From: an uncultured bacterium
GTDB taxonomy: Bacteria; RBG-13-61-14; CAYWKU01
Reading direction: 5' to 3'
Length of the DNA stretch: 64,000 bases
Assembly (NCBI GenBank): GCA_964459325.1
Contig: CAYWKU010000010.1
Location: forward strand, 51,831 to 115,830
Shown here: piece after piece, positions 10,094 through 19,308 of the stretch
How the letters are laid out: each line of letters opens with the position of its first letter
How positions within the stretch are numbered: position 1 is the stretch's first letter
Program-made: the position numbers and the translations under genes
The notes under the pieces: generated by a model
Told to the model about the DNA's origin: nothing
The model's database searches: none
Seen by the model: the letters and a program-made list of their open reading frames with translations, nothing else

Positions 10094-10378
10094 CAACAAG
10101 AAACGATGTTCAAGCTTTTCCGGTTAAGAGTGTTATTTAATCTACACGCAGTTTCGAGATTCGGTTTCTTGTTGCTTACGCAACCCGGACGTATAACGTC
10201 CGGGCCACCCGGCAAATACCCCCCCACGCACCGATAAAAAATTTACCGGTGCCACCCGCCAACAAGAAACGATGTTCAAGCTTTTCCGGTTAAGAGTGTT
10301 ATTTAATCTACACGCAGTTTCGAGATTCGGTTTCTTGTTGCTTACGCAACCCGGACGTATAACGTCCGGGCCACCCGG
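10094..10378. repeat. Perfect 119-bp direct repeat x2 (10094-10212 and 10260-10378), separated by a 47-bp spacer
   Basis: The two copies are identical over 119 bp. Each unit contains the AACAAGAAACG ... CGGTTTCTTGTT inverted repeat and the CCCGGACGTATAACGTCCGGG hairpin. The region is preceded by the hairpins CCTCGACGTTATACGTCGAGG (10060-10080) and TTGTCCGCAAGGACAA (10081-10096). Confidence 0.9.
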
Positions 10379-10436
10379 GACCGGGAGGTCGCTCCCACTG
10401 CATCAAAGGAAAACAGGGGCAAACAAATGCGATATG

Positions 10437-10476
10437 CGAAAAAAAGGAGGCCCCGAGAGGCCTCCTTCTTTCGTTG
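10437..10476. terminator. Bidirectional rho-independent terminator downstream of pilA
   Basis: AAAAAAAGGAGGCC-CCGAGA-GGCCTCCTTCTTTCG: a GC stem flanked by an A-run and a T-run. Confidence 0.6.
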
Positions 10477-10493
10477 CCATGTGTGAGAATAAA

Positions 10494-11003
10494 TTACAGG
10501 TTGACGTCGTTACGCTCGTTTACGGGGTTTTTCTGCTGGTTAATGCCCCAGCAGTCGGTTACGGTGTCACCGTCTACGTTACCTTCGGCAATGGCGGTGA
10601 ATCCTTGGGGGTTACTAACTCCCGGGTCATCACCGTCAAGCTGACAATCGCCTGCACAGGCTGAGGTGCCGTTGTTGCAGTCGCCGTCTCCTGCGATGGT
10701 ATTCGGGTCATCGGCATCGGTGTCCAAGCTGCCGGAGCCGTATGCATCAGTGGTGAGGGCATATACATACTTTGCATCGCCCTCGGAGCTCCAGCCGATT
10801 GTATCAAAGTCCTCACCCCATTCGGTTTTTTCGGCGAAGTATGCAATTTCGGTGGTGGCGATGCTTGCCAGGTTTGTCTTCGCCTCGCTCTGGCGGGCCT
10901 TGGCCTGGAACTTCAGGAAGTTCGGAATGGCGATGGCCGCCAGGATGCCGATAATCGCCACGACGATCATCAGCTCAATCAGTGTAAATCCCTTTTTCTT
11001 CAT
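10494..11003 (-). CDS. pilA: Type IV pilin (PilA-like major pilin)
   Basis: N-terminus [29 protein letters not shown]: class III signal peptide with G-F cleavage and Glu5. The C-terminal region is Cys-containing. Confidence 0.9.
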   Translation of the reverse strand: MKKKGFTLIELMIVVAIIGILAAIAIPNFLKFQAKARQSEAKTNLASIATTEIAYFAEKTEWGEDFDTIGWSSEGDAKYVYALTTDAYGSGSLDTDADDPNTIAGDGDCNNGTSACAGDCQLDGDDPGVSNPQGFTAIAEGNVDGDTVTDCWGINQQKNPVNERNDVNL

Positions 11004-11142
11004 GTAATCCTCCTCTCAATTTTGGATTTTTGGTTACTTTAAAACTCGTTTTTTTCGCCCGTTTTTTGTGCAACCCTATAAGCCGCTTTTTCCTTTCACC
11101 TCCCTTTGGTTTTTACATTAACAGTTTTCGCTTATTAATAGT

Positions 11143-11158
11143 TGCAATCTCCGTGCCC
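11143..11158 (-). promoter_or_regulatory. Sigma-54 (-24/-12) promoter for pilA
   Basis: The minus strand reads GGGCACG-GAGA-TTGCA, an exact match to TGGCACG-N4-TTGCW, about 140 nt upstream of the pilA ATG. Candidate enhancer half-sites AATTCGTCAC x2 lie at 11301-11310 and 11323-11332. Confidence 0.7.
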
Positions 11159-11437
11159 AAAAAGCGTTCATGCGCTGCACAACCCCGAAAATATTTAAGT
11201 CTCATAATTTACTGATTTTATTGAACTATTGTCACACCTCCGCCACTGCTATCCTCACCGGTGCTCCCCCTTTTTCTTAAAATGAACTCATTTATGACGT
11301 AATTCGTCACCGGGGGCGCCGAAATTCGTCACTCCTGCCTCAAATGGTAGGGGCGACACTCTTGTCGCCCAGCCCACGGCGGCATAATGCCCGGCAGGAG
11401 TGCCGGGCCTACCATCTCAGGCATTATCGCCACCTTC

Positions 11438-12802
11438 TTAATCGAGACCAAACTTCTCCAGCCGGTATCGGAATGAGCGGAAGGAAAGCCCCAAAAGTTC
11501 CGCCGCCCTGGTTTTAACCCCACCCGCCGCCTGTATGGACTGTTCCAGCAGGCTTCGCTCCATTTCTTCCATGGTTTTTTCCAGGTCTATCCCTTCCGGC
11601 GGCAGCTCGAAGGGGAAGCTTTCCGCCTCCTTCTCCTCCTCGCCCCTCAACCTGGCCGTCAGGCTTTGGGGGGTAATCACGGTACCGGTTTCCAGCGCCA
11701 CGGCCCTTTCGATAAGGTTCTCCAACTCCCTGACATTCCCGGGAAAATCGTGTTCCTCCAACAGCGCCATAGCGCCCGGACTTATGGAGGTAATCCTCCC
11801 GTCGGAGTACCTGGAGACAAAATGCATAGTTAATTTGGGTATATCTTCTTTCCTTTCCCGGAGCGGCGGCATGGGGACATGAATCACGTTCAGTCGCCAA
11901 TAGAGGTCTTCCCGGAAATTTTCTTTCTTGACTTCCTCGTCCAGGTCCCTGTTGGAGGCGCTGATAATCCTGACATCCACTTCAATCTCCTCTGTGCCTC
12001 CCACCGGTGTTATAGTCTTATTTTGAAGCGCTCTCAGGAGTTTGACCTGCAGGTTTTTATCCAACTCGCTTATCTCGTCCAGAAAAAGAGTCCCATCGCT
12101 TGCGGACTCTATCAGCCCCTTTTTATTGGCCACGGCGCCAGTAAAAGAACCTTTTTTGTGCCCGAACAGCTCGCTTTCTATCAGGTTTTCCGGTATGGCG
12201 CCGCAGTTTACGGTAACGAAGGGCTTATCCTTTCGGGGGCCGTTGAAATGAACGGCCCTGGCCACCAGCTCCTTGCCGGTGCCGCTCTCCCCGGTAATAA
12301 GCACGTTGGCGGTGCTGGAGGCAACTTTGTATATAAGCTCGTAAACTTTCAGCATCGGGGGTGAATCGCCCACGATGCTTTCAATCCCGTAACTGCGGGA
12401 AAGGTATTCCTTGAGCTTTATGTTCTCCTCCAGCAATTGACCGCGTTCCAGCGCGTTATTGATAATCAACTTCATATCTTCCAGGTCGAAGGGCTTCTGC
12501 AGATAATCGTATGCGCCCACTTTCATGGCTTCCCGGGCGGATTCGGAAGTGCTGAAGGCGGTGATTATTATCACCGGCACGTTGGGCCGCGCTTCTTTCG
12601 ACTTCTTCAGCACGTCCATCCCGCTTACTTTCGGCATTTTCATATCGCATAAAAGCAGGTCATAATTTTCCCCGTCCACCAGTTCCATCGCCCTATCGCC
12701 GCTGTCCGCCAATATCACCCGGTAGCCCTCCCGTTCCAGCGCAATCTGGAGCATTTCCCTCATGCTCAACTCGTCATCCACTACCAGGACGGTTTTTTTC
12801 AT
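11438..12802 (-). CDS. pilR: Sigma-54-dependent response regulator (NtrC family, PilR-like)
   Basis: REC domain (VLVVDDE...D54 region), an AAA+ sigma-54 activator domain (GESGTGKE, GAFTGA-like ESELFGH) and a C-terminal HTH. Adjacent to pilA and a sensor kinase. Confidence 0.85.
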   Translation of the reverse strand: MKKTVLVVDDELSMREMLQIALEREGYRVILADSGDRAMELVDGENYDLLLCDMKMPKVSGMDVLKKSKEARPNVPVIIITAFSTSESAREAMKVGAYDYLQKPFDLEDMKLIINNALERGQLLEENIKLKEYLSRSYGIESIVGDSPPMLKVYELIYKVASSTANVLITGESGTGKELVARAVHFNGPRKDKPFVTVNCGAIPENLIESELFGHKKGSFTGAVANKKGLIESASDGTLFLDEISELDKNLQVKLLRALQNKTITPVGGTEEIEVDVRIISASNRDLDEEVKKENFREDLYWRLNVIHVPMPPLRERKEDIPKLTMHFVSRYSDGRITSISPGAMALLEEHDFPGNVRELENLIERAVALETGTVITPQSLTARLRGEEEKEAESFPFELPPEGIDLEKTMEEMERSLLEQSIQAAGGVKTRAAELLGLSFRSFRYRLEKFGLD

Positions 12803-12804
12803 CT

Positions 12805-14496
12805 CTATACCGCCGCCTCCTTCGAGGTTTGCCGGGATTTTTCCATTTTCGCCGGCAGATCTATTATAAAAGCCGTTCCCTTCTCCTCTTCAGACCGAAG
12901 CCTTATAGTTCCTCCCATATATTCCACGCTCCGGTGCACCGTGGCAAGCCCGAGGCCTGTGCCGTACTCCTTGGTGGTGAAGAAAGGAGCGAAGACCTTT
13001 TCTTTTATATCCTCGGGAATGCCGGGGCCTTCATCCACCACTATCAGCCTCACCCCTTTCCCTTCTTCCGAATGCGCCTCGGGAATCACCTCCCTGACTT
13101 CTATGGAAATGCCGCCCGAGCCTTCCATGGCTTCCGAAGCGTTTACCAGCAGGTTCCATAAAACCTGGTGCATCAGGTTGGTATCCAGCATTACTTCTAT
13201 GTCCGGGGGGCAATCCAATTCGGCATTTACCCCCTCTCCTCCTTCAGAGCGGTTGTGAAACAACTCCAACGTCTCCTCGAGCAGCTCCTTCATGTTTACC
13301 CGCTTGACCTGTCCCGGGGAAGGACGGGCAAAGTGCAGAAACTCGGTAATCAACTCGTTCAAACTTTCGGTTTCCCTCAATAGTATTTTCAACAGCCGGT
13401 CGTCTTCCTCGAAGCGATTATCTCTCCTTAAAAGCTGAATGGAACCGGATATGCTCGCCAGGGGATTCCTTATTTCGTGAGCCAGACCGGCAGCGAGCTG
13501 GCCCACGGCCGCCAGGCGGTCGCTTATCTTGAGTTGTTCCTCCATTTCCCGGTATACCGTCTGGTCCTGGAAAATCAGTATCCGCCCGATGTCTCTGCCC
13601 TTCGAGCTTTCAAGCACCGAAAGGGACATGCCGAGATACCGTCGGTTGCCCTCCTTGTCGGTGTATATAATCTCCGGGGGGCTGCCCTCGGAAGTTACCG
13701 GGGCAAAAAGCTCGCTTACGGGTCTGTTTATTACCTCCTCAGCTTTTATTCCCGTTATCAATTCTGCCGCGCGATTAAAGGAATTTACTATACCTTCCGA
13801 ATCGGTGGTTATCAGGCCCGAGGGCAGGGAGCGGATAACGTTTTCACTCCATGCCTCGAGCACTTCCAGGTCTTCCTCTCTTTCGGCAAGCTGCATTCCC
13901 GTCCGCCGGAGTTTTTCTGTAAGGTAGTTGGACAGCAGCGCCACCAGGAAAAACGCCACTGTGTTTATACCGAGGTTGTACATCAACTCCGGAGCGCTCA
14001 GGTTACTCACGTCGGCGACGAAATCTTCGTTGAAGTACCTTATGTTCTCACCGTACCGGTTAACGCCTATCAGAAGCACCATGTAGCAACCCGCGCCCAG
14101 CACCGCCGCTGTCAAAGCTCCGGCTCGATAAAGTATTATTCCGGCGGAAAGTATGCCCACGATGTAAAGAAAACTGAATACCCGCCCCGTTACGGCTATC
14201 AGAGCGGTTATAAGAAGTATGTCGTAGCAGACCTGGAGATAGGCAAAGGGCCGGATGTTTTTCACCCATCGCAACACGCCGCCGGATATGGCAGTGAAAG
14301 CGTAGGTCAACCCTATGATTACGTAAATCCTGACCAGCGATATTGTGAAGTAAGAACTGCCGGCGCGAATATGCAGTACGGCCGTAGCCCCGAGCAGCAG
14401 GGTAATGGCCACGACCCTCAGGAAAAGGAGCCATTTCAGCCGGGGAAGAACCTCATCTCCGACCGAATAATCCCCGCGATAACCTTCCGCATCCAC
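12805..14496 (-). CDS. Sensor histidine kinase (PilS-like)
   Basis: Multi-TM N-terminus, a PAS-like segment, H-box (AAGLAHEIRNPL), and N/G boxes (HATPase). Confidence 0.8.
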   Translation of the reverse strand: MDAEGYRGDYSVGDEVLPRLKWLLFLRVVAITLLLGATAVLHIRAGSSYFTISLVRIYVIIGLTYAFTAISGGVLRWVKNIRPFAYLQVCYDILLITALIAVTGRVFSFLYIVGILSAGIILYRAGALTAAVLGAGCYMVLLIGVNRYGENIRYFNEDFVADVSNLSAPELMYNLGINTVAFFLVALLSNYLTEKLRRTGMQLAEREEDLEVLEAWSENVIRSLPSGLITTDSEGIVNSFNRAAELITGIKAEEVINRPVSELFAPVTSEGSPPEIIYTDKEGNRRYLGMSLSVLESSKGRDIGRILIFQDQTVYREMEEQLKISDRLAAVGQLAAGLAHEIRNPLASISGSIQLLRRDNRFEEDDRLLKILLRETESLNELITEFLHFARPSPGQVKRVNMKELLEETLELFHNRSEGGEGVNAELDCPPDIEVMLDTNLMHQVLWNLLVNASEAMEGSGGISIEVREVIPEAHSEEGKGVRLIVVDEGPGIPEDIKEKVFAPFFTTKEYGTGLGLATVHRSVEYMGGTIRLRSEEEKGTAFIIDLPAKMEKSRQTSKEAAV

Positions 14497-14658
14497 TGTT
14501 TTAAATGATACTGTATAGGAAAAGATTATTCAAAAACACCCAAAATTGCCCTTTAATCCAAGCTGATTATTAATATGCTCCGGGCGCTCGGGCCGAATGT
14601 AAGATTGGCCCCGTTGAGGCTTTGAAATCCCGGATTAACACCTCCCCGCTTGAACCCG

Positions 14659-14682
14659 GACAAGGGACTTAAGTCCCTTGTC
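14659..14682. repeat. REP-like palindrome GACAAGGGACTTAAGTCCCTTGTC
   Basis: Same family as the hairpins at 5259 and 7211. Overlaps the last codons and stop of the rhomboid-TPR gene. Confidence 0.5.
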
Positions 14683-15871
14683 TTCTATTCTCATTCTCCG
14701 GTTGTGGGGAAGCTTTTGCCATCGTCTTTTCCGCCATCTCTGCCTCGCCCACTTTCCTGTATATGCCGGCCAGGGTTTTCGCCACACCCGGCCTTGAAGA
14801 CGAGCCGGGGTTGACTTCCAGCCAGTATTCCAGGCCGGTGGCGGCCAGGTTCGCCCTGTCCAGGGCTATCAATTGCCTCGCAAGTTCCAGTTGCGTTCTC
14901 GGAGGAAAAGCTCCTTTGTATCGTGTAAGGTACTTCATGTAAATCCGGGCCGCTCTCTGAGGGTTGCCGTCTTCAATGCACCGGTTTATGGCGTTTCGGA
15001 AATGAGCCTCGCCTTGTTGAGTGGGGCGAACGCGACTGTACAACTCACCCAGTTTCTCCATGGCCTGTACGTCCTTCGGCTCCAGCTTGAGAATCTTTTC
15101 AAAAGCCTCCTCGGCGACACCGAGACGGTTGGTGTCATTTATGGCATCCAACCCCAACTCCCTGTAAGCTTCCATCTTACCGTATTTCCTGTAGCCCAGG
15201 ACCAGGGCGATAACGAAGCCTGCGAGCATGCCCCCCGCCAGAGCCCATTGCGGTATGTAAGTTTCACCGCCCCGCCACTGTAGAATGCCCCACAAAGCAT
15301 TCAGGGAGAAAAACAAAAGCACCATAACCCACGCCCTTACCCTTATCCACGCCGGCAACACCATCCAGTAAGCCGGTATTACCATGGTTCTTCGGAAGTA
15401 GCACCTGCAGAGGAACGCCCCCATAACCCCCGCTACCGGCCCGAAGGCTCCCGCGATGCCCATCTGCGCGCCTTCCGGCATGTAAGCCCCCCATATGACG
15501 GAATGAAGCCCTGTAGCGGCCATTCCAGTGGCGATGTATATGAGAAGGTAAGCAACCTTCCCCGTCCTCCTTTCAAACGCTGTTCCGAAAAACCACAAGA
15601 AGAACACGTTGCCCGCCAGGTGCCGGCCGCTCAAGTGCACGAACATGCTGCTGAACATCCCGCGCGCATCGGGATTTGAAGGATAGTAAAGCCAGGGGTC
15701 GACCAACTCCCGGTATACTTCGGAACCCCACAGAAATTTCGGAATGAAAATGCCGATATTAACCAGGATAAGCAGCACGGTTATCCAGGGGAAATTTTTC
15801 AAGCGGTCAAGACTGCCGGAAGGCTCATCCATTATTCCAGTCCTCCTTTTGTTATTACGAGTAGAGCACAT
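14669..15871 (-). CDS. Rhomboid-family membrane protein with a C-terminal TPR domain; possibly catalytically inactive
   Basis: The HxxxxHLxxNxxxLxxxG motif is present (HLSGRHLAGNVFFLWFFG). The position of the GxSG serine reads GIAGAFG, and the TM6 AHxxG His is not evident. C-terminal TPR-like helices follow. Confidence 0.65.
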   Translation of the reverse strand: MCSTRNNKRRTGIMDEPSGSLDRLKNFPWITVLLILVNIGIFIPKFLWGSEVYRELVDPWLYYPSNPDARGMFSSMFVHLSGRHLAGNVFFLWFFGTAFERRTGKVAYLLIYIATGMAATGLHSVIWGAYMPEGAQMGIAGAFGPVAGVMGAFLCRCYFRRTMVIPAYWMVLPAWIRVRAWVMVLLFFSLNALWGILQWRGGETYIPQWALAGGMLAGFVIALVLGYRKYGKMEAYRELGLDAINDTNRLGVAEEAFEKILKLEPKDVQAMEKLGELYSRVRPTQQGEAHFRNAINRCIEDGNPQRAARIYMKYLTRYKGAFPPRTQLELARQLIALDRANLAATGLEYWLEVNPGSSSRPGVAKTLAGIYRKVGEAEMAEKTMAKASPQPENENRRQGT

Positions 15872-16074
15872 TCCGTGCCATTTTGAAAGTAACCGTTAAC
15901 GTACTGATTTTATTGCACTTATAATTAATCCGGGCCGGAAAAACAGAAAGTAAAGTGACGATTATGAGAAAACGACCGGCAATGAGGGTCCTATTATTCG
16001 GCGCCTCTTGACAATCAAACCGGCAAGTGGTAATGTTGGATTTAGTTGAATGAGTATTCATTCATATTCCGAGC

Positions 16075-16710
16075 ATGGCTGAAGCAAGCACAAATAAAAC
16101 CGCCGAGAAAAAGACCGACGATAAGCGCCAGAGAATTCTGTTGGCCGCTATAAAGGTATTTTCCACTAAGGGGTTCCATGGCAGCAAAGTCAGCGATATC
16201 GCTAAAGAGGCGAGCGTCGCGGACGGTACTATATACCTCTACTTTAAAAACAAAGACGATATTCTCATCCAGCTTTTCGACGAAAGCCTCAAAGTCCTGC
16301 TTGGCGATATGAAACAAGCCCTTGCCAAAAGCGATGACCCCATGGAACGAATAAGAATTTTCATTCAGATGCATCTGGCAAGCGTTGAAAAGTACCAGAG
16401 CGTGGCCGAGGTGATGCAACTGGAGTTGAGGCAAAGCCACAAGTTTATGAACGAGCAGATACCCCGCCGGTTTACCGATTACCTCAACCTGATCAGCGAA
16501 ACCGTCCAGATGGGGCAACGGGCCGGCGTTATCGAGCGGAATCTCGAACCGGCTATGGTCAAGAGAGCCGTTTTTGGCGCCATGGACGAAATAGCCCTGC
16601 ACTGGGTGCTGACCAAGCAGAGGAAAAGAAAGTCCTACGCACTTAAGGATTGTGCCGATAAGCTGGCGGATATTTTCATCGGAGGCCTTCTGGCGCCCAA
16701 AGAAAAATAA
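16075..16710 (+). CDS. TetR/AcrR family transcriptional regulator
   Basis: N-terminal HTH (ILLAAIKVFSTKGFHGSKVSDIAKEASVADGTIYLYFKNKDDIL). Confidence 0.85.
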   Translation: MAEASTNKTAEKKTDDKRQRILLAAIKVFSTKGFHGSKVSDIAKEASVADGTIYLYFKNKDDILIQLFDESLKVLLGDMKQALAKSDDPMERIRIFIQMHLASVEKYQSVAEVMQLELRQSHKFMNEQIPRRFTDYLNLISETVQMGQRAGVIERNLEPAMVKRAVFGAMDEIALHWVLTKQRKRKSYALKDCADKLADIFIGGLLAPKEK

Positions 16711-16721
16711 AACACATATAG

Positions 16722-16765
16722 TTGACAACGCGACCCGAAAGTGATACCAATACAACATTTCGGGT
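16722..16765 (+). promoter_or_regulatory. Candidate promoter plus TetR operator upstream of etfBA
   Basis: TTGACA at 16722-16727. An 8-bp inverted repeat ACCCGAAA-N17-TTTCGGGT spans 16733-16765. Confidence 0.3.
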
Positions 16766-16829
16766 TACTATGAACCGAGTTCAGCACATCGAAATTTCGA
16801 AAATTTAAGCTTATGAAAGGAGGAACCAG

Positions 16830-17612
16830 GTGAATATCGTAGTTTGTATTAAACAGTCACCGGATACCGAGGCTAAAATCGTGGTTCAGTCGGACGGCTC
16901 CGGAATCAACTGGGACGGAGTAAAGTTCGTGCTCAATCCTTACGACGAGTATGCGGTCGAGCAGGCCATCCAGTTGAAGGAAAAATTCGGCGGTGAAACC
17001 ACGGTAGTAACGGTAGGTCCCAAAAAATCGGTGGAGGCCATGAGAACCGCCCTGGCCATGGGCATCGACAAGGGCATACACATCGACGACCCCGCGCTTG
17101 AAAACGCCGACGCATGGGCCACGGCAAAAGCCCTGGCGGGAGCGCTTAAGGATTTGAACGCCGACCTCATTCTCGGCGGCAAGCAGGCCATCGATTACGA
17201 CCAGGGCGAAGTAATGGCCCACGTGGCCGAATTCCTCGACCTGCCTCAGGTCACGAACATTTCATTCATGGAAATGGACTCGGAGGGCAAAAAGGCCACG
17301 GTGCGTCGCCTTATAGAAGGCGGCACCGAAACTTACGAAGTAAGCCTTCCAGCCGTAATGAGTTGCGAAAAGGGCCTGAACGAACCCCGCTACGCCAGCC
17401 TTCCGGGAATCATGAAGGCAAAGAAAAAAGAGGTCAAAGAACTCGACCTCTCCGGAACCGGCGTCGGCGCGGACGACGCAGCCAAAAAGGTCGCAGTGCT
17501 ACAGTACTCCTCCCCGCCCGAGAGGCAGGCGGGCAAGGTACTGGAAGGCGAAGCCGAGGAAACGGCAGCCGAGCTTGCCAAACTACTACGCGAAGAAGCG
17601 AAAGTGATATAG
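16830..17612 (+). CDS. etfB: Electron transfer flavoprotein beta subunit
   Basis: GTG start. N-terminus MNIVVCIKQSPDTEAKIV, typical of EtfB. Confidence 0.9.
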   Translation: MNIVVCIKQSPDTEAKIVVQSDGSGINWDGVKFVLNPYDEYAVEQAIQLKEKFGGETTVVTVGPKKSVEAMRTALAMGIDKGIHIDDPALENADAWATAKALAGALKDLNADLILGGKQAIDYDQGEVMAHVAEFLDLPQVTNISFMEMDSEGKKATVRRLIEGGTETYEVSLPAVMSCEKGLNEPRYASLPGIMKAKKKEVKELDLSGTGVGADDAAKKVAVLQYSSPPERQAGKVLEGEAEETAAELAKLLREEAKVI

Positions 17613-17628
17613 GAAAGGAGGCGCTATC

Positions 17629-18612
17629 ATGGCCGAAGGCGTTCTGGTATTCGTAGAACAACGCGAAGGCAGCATGCGCAAAAGCGCGCTTGAATGTTTA
17701 AATGTAGCTTCACAGATTTCCGGTGATGTCGGCGGAAGCATCAGTGCGGCAGTAGTGGGAAAGGATGTTTCCGGACTGGCCGACAAGCTGGGTAAATGCG
17801 GCGCCTCCAAGGTTTTCGTGGCCGAAGGAGATGCCCTGGAGAATTACTCCCCCGAAGGTTACGCAAAGGCCATGGAGGCTATTATAAAGCAGGCCGACCC
17901 CGCAGTGGTGATCGGAGGCAACACCTCCATGGGAAAAGACCTGATGCCGAAGGTGGCTGCCAAAATGGGCACCGGCCTTCTTCCGGACTGTACGGAAGTA
18001 CGCACCGAAGGCGACCAGGTGATTGTAAGGCGGCCCGTATTCTCAGGAAAGGCCTACATCGAAGGCAAGGTTACCGGCCCCATCCAGATGATTACCCTCC
18101 GCCCCAATACCTTCCCCCCGGCGGAGGAAAGCGGCGGCTCCGCAGAGGTGGTCAACGTGGACGCCTCGGTGGACGCCGGCTCAATTCGGGCTGTAATCAA
18201 GGAAATAGAGAAAGTGGAAAGCACCCGACCGGTGCTTACCGAGGCCGAGATAATCGTCAGCGGCGGTCGCGGCATGAAAAGCTCCGAGAATTTCAACATC
18301 CTGGAGGAGCTGGCCGACACCCTGAGCGCCGCCGTCGGCGCAAGCCGCGCGGCAGTGGACTCGGGTTACGCCGACCAGGCCATGCAGGTGGGCCAGACCG
18401 GAAAGGTGGTCAATCCCACCCTTTACATCGCTTGCGGTATTTCCGGCGCTATCCAGCACCTGGCGGGAATGCGCACCTCGAAGGTGATAGTCGCCATCAA
18501 TAAGGACCCTGAAGCTCCCATATTCCAGATAGCCGACTATGGCATCGTGGACGACTTGTTCAAGGTCGTTCCGAAGCTCACCGAAGAGATAAAGAAGCTC
18601 AAGGCGGAATAA
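17629..18612 (+). CDS. etfA: Electron transfer flavoprotein alpha subunit
   Basis: FAD-binding C-terminal region ([10 protein letters not shown]), a length that fits, and position immediately after etfB. Confidence 0.9.
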   Translation: MAEGVLVFVEQREGSMRKSALECLNVASQISGDVGGSISAAVVGKDVSGLADKLGKCGASKVFVAEGDALENYSPEGYAKAMEAIIKQADPAVVIGGNTSMGKDLMPKVAAKMGTGLLPDCTEVRTEGDQVIVRRPVFSGKAYIEGKVTGPIQMITLRPNTFPPAEESGGSAEVVNVDASVDAGSIRAVIKEIEKVESTRPVLTEAEIIVSGGRGMKSSENFNILEELADTLSAAVGASRAAVDSGYADQAMQVGQTGKVVNPTLYIACGISGAIQHLAGMRTSKVIVAINKDPEAPIFQIADYGIVDDLFKVVPKLTEEIKKLKAE

Positions 18613-18637
18613 TCGTCGGCCGCCGATGAAAGACACT

Positions 18638-18686
18638 CGGGGCCTGCCCTCGCTCGCCAAGAGCAGGGGGTGGGCCCCGTTTTCTT
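18638..18686 (+). terminator. Candidate rho-independent terminator after etfA
   Basis: GGGGCC...GGCCCC stem followed by GTTTTCTT. Confidence 0.4.
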
Positions 18687-18700
18687 GACCCCCTCGTATT

Positions 18701-19246
18701 ATGAAACCGCTTAAAGGCGCGTTGCACGTACATACCAACCTCTCCGACGGCGCTCATTCCCCGGAAGAGATATTGGACATGTACTTTGCGCACGAATTCG
18801 ACTTCGTGGCCCTTACCGACCACGAGTATCTCATGCGCAATAAGGACTACGGGCACATCCCCGATGTTTACCGGGACATGCTGGTGTTCAAGGGCGTGGA
18901 ACTGGAGCCGGTCGAGCTGATGTACCACCACGTTCTCAGCATTCCGGGAGAAGAGTTAACCCTCCGTGTCCTCTGCCATCCGGATACATATCATCTTACC
19001 ATAGAGGAAGTTCTGGACAGAATCGAAACCTCGCCGTGGCCGATAGACGCGGTGGAAATAACCGCCCAGGGATTCTATACTGCCAAGTACGACACTCCAC
19101 GGATACCTCTCCCCAAAGTGGCCAGCGACGACGCTCACGTGGAATGGGCCGTAGGTCGGGCATGGGTGGAAGTAAAAGCGCGAAAAGACAGGGATGAAAT
19201 CATCAGGGCCGTAAAAAATGGCATGTTTGGAAATTCCTTCCGTTGA
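18701..19246 (+). CDS. PHP-domain metal-dependent phosphoesterase
   Basis: HVHTNLSDGAHS plus a later His/Asp pattern typical of PHP. Confidence 0.6.
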   Translation: MKPLKGALHVHTNLSDGAHSPEEILDMYFAHEFDFVALTDHEYLMRNKDYGHIPDVYRDMLVFKGVELEPVELMYHHVLSIPGEELTLRVLCHPDTYHLTIEEVLDRIETSPWPIDAVEITAQGFYTAKYDTPRIPLPKVASDDAHVEWAVGRAWVEVKARKDRDEIIRAVKNGMFGNSFR

Positions 19247-19308
19247 CAAGGGTCATGTTATATGGTACTTCTTGAGTGGCTAATGATTAGAATTCAGGAG
19301 AGTGCGTA

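Noticed and set aside
10094-10378. A possible CRISPR array, considered because of the tandem direct repeats
   Set aside because: Only two copies, a 119-bp unit and a 47-bp spacer. This is far from CRISPR geometry (24-48 bp repeats, multiple spacers), and no cas genes are present.
17796-18503. 235-aa Arg/Gly-rich ORF in an alternative frame of etfA
   Set aside because: It lies entirely inside the well-supported etfA frame. Its RGRR-rich composition is the usual artefact of reading GC-rich coding DNA out of frame. The same reasoning discards 48411-49649, 51025-51960, 51593-52489, 8310-8744, 9377-9919 and similar shadow ORFs.
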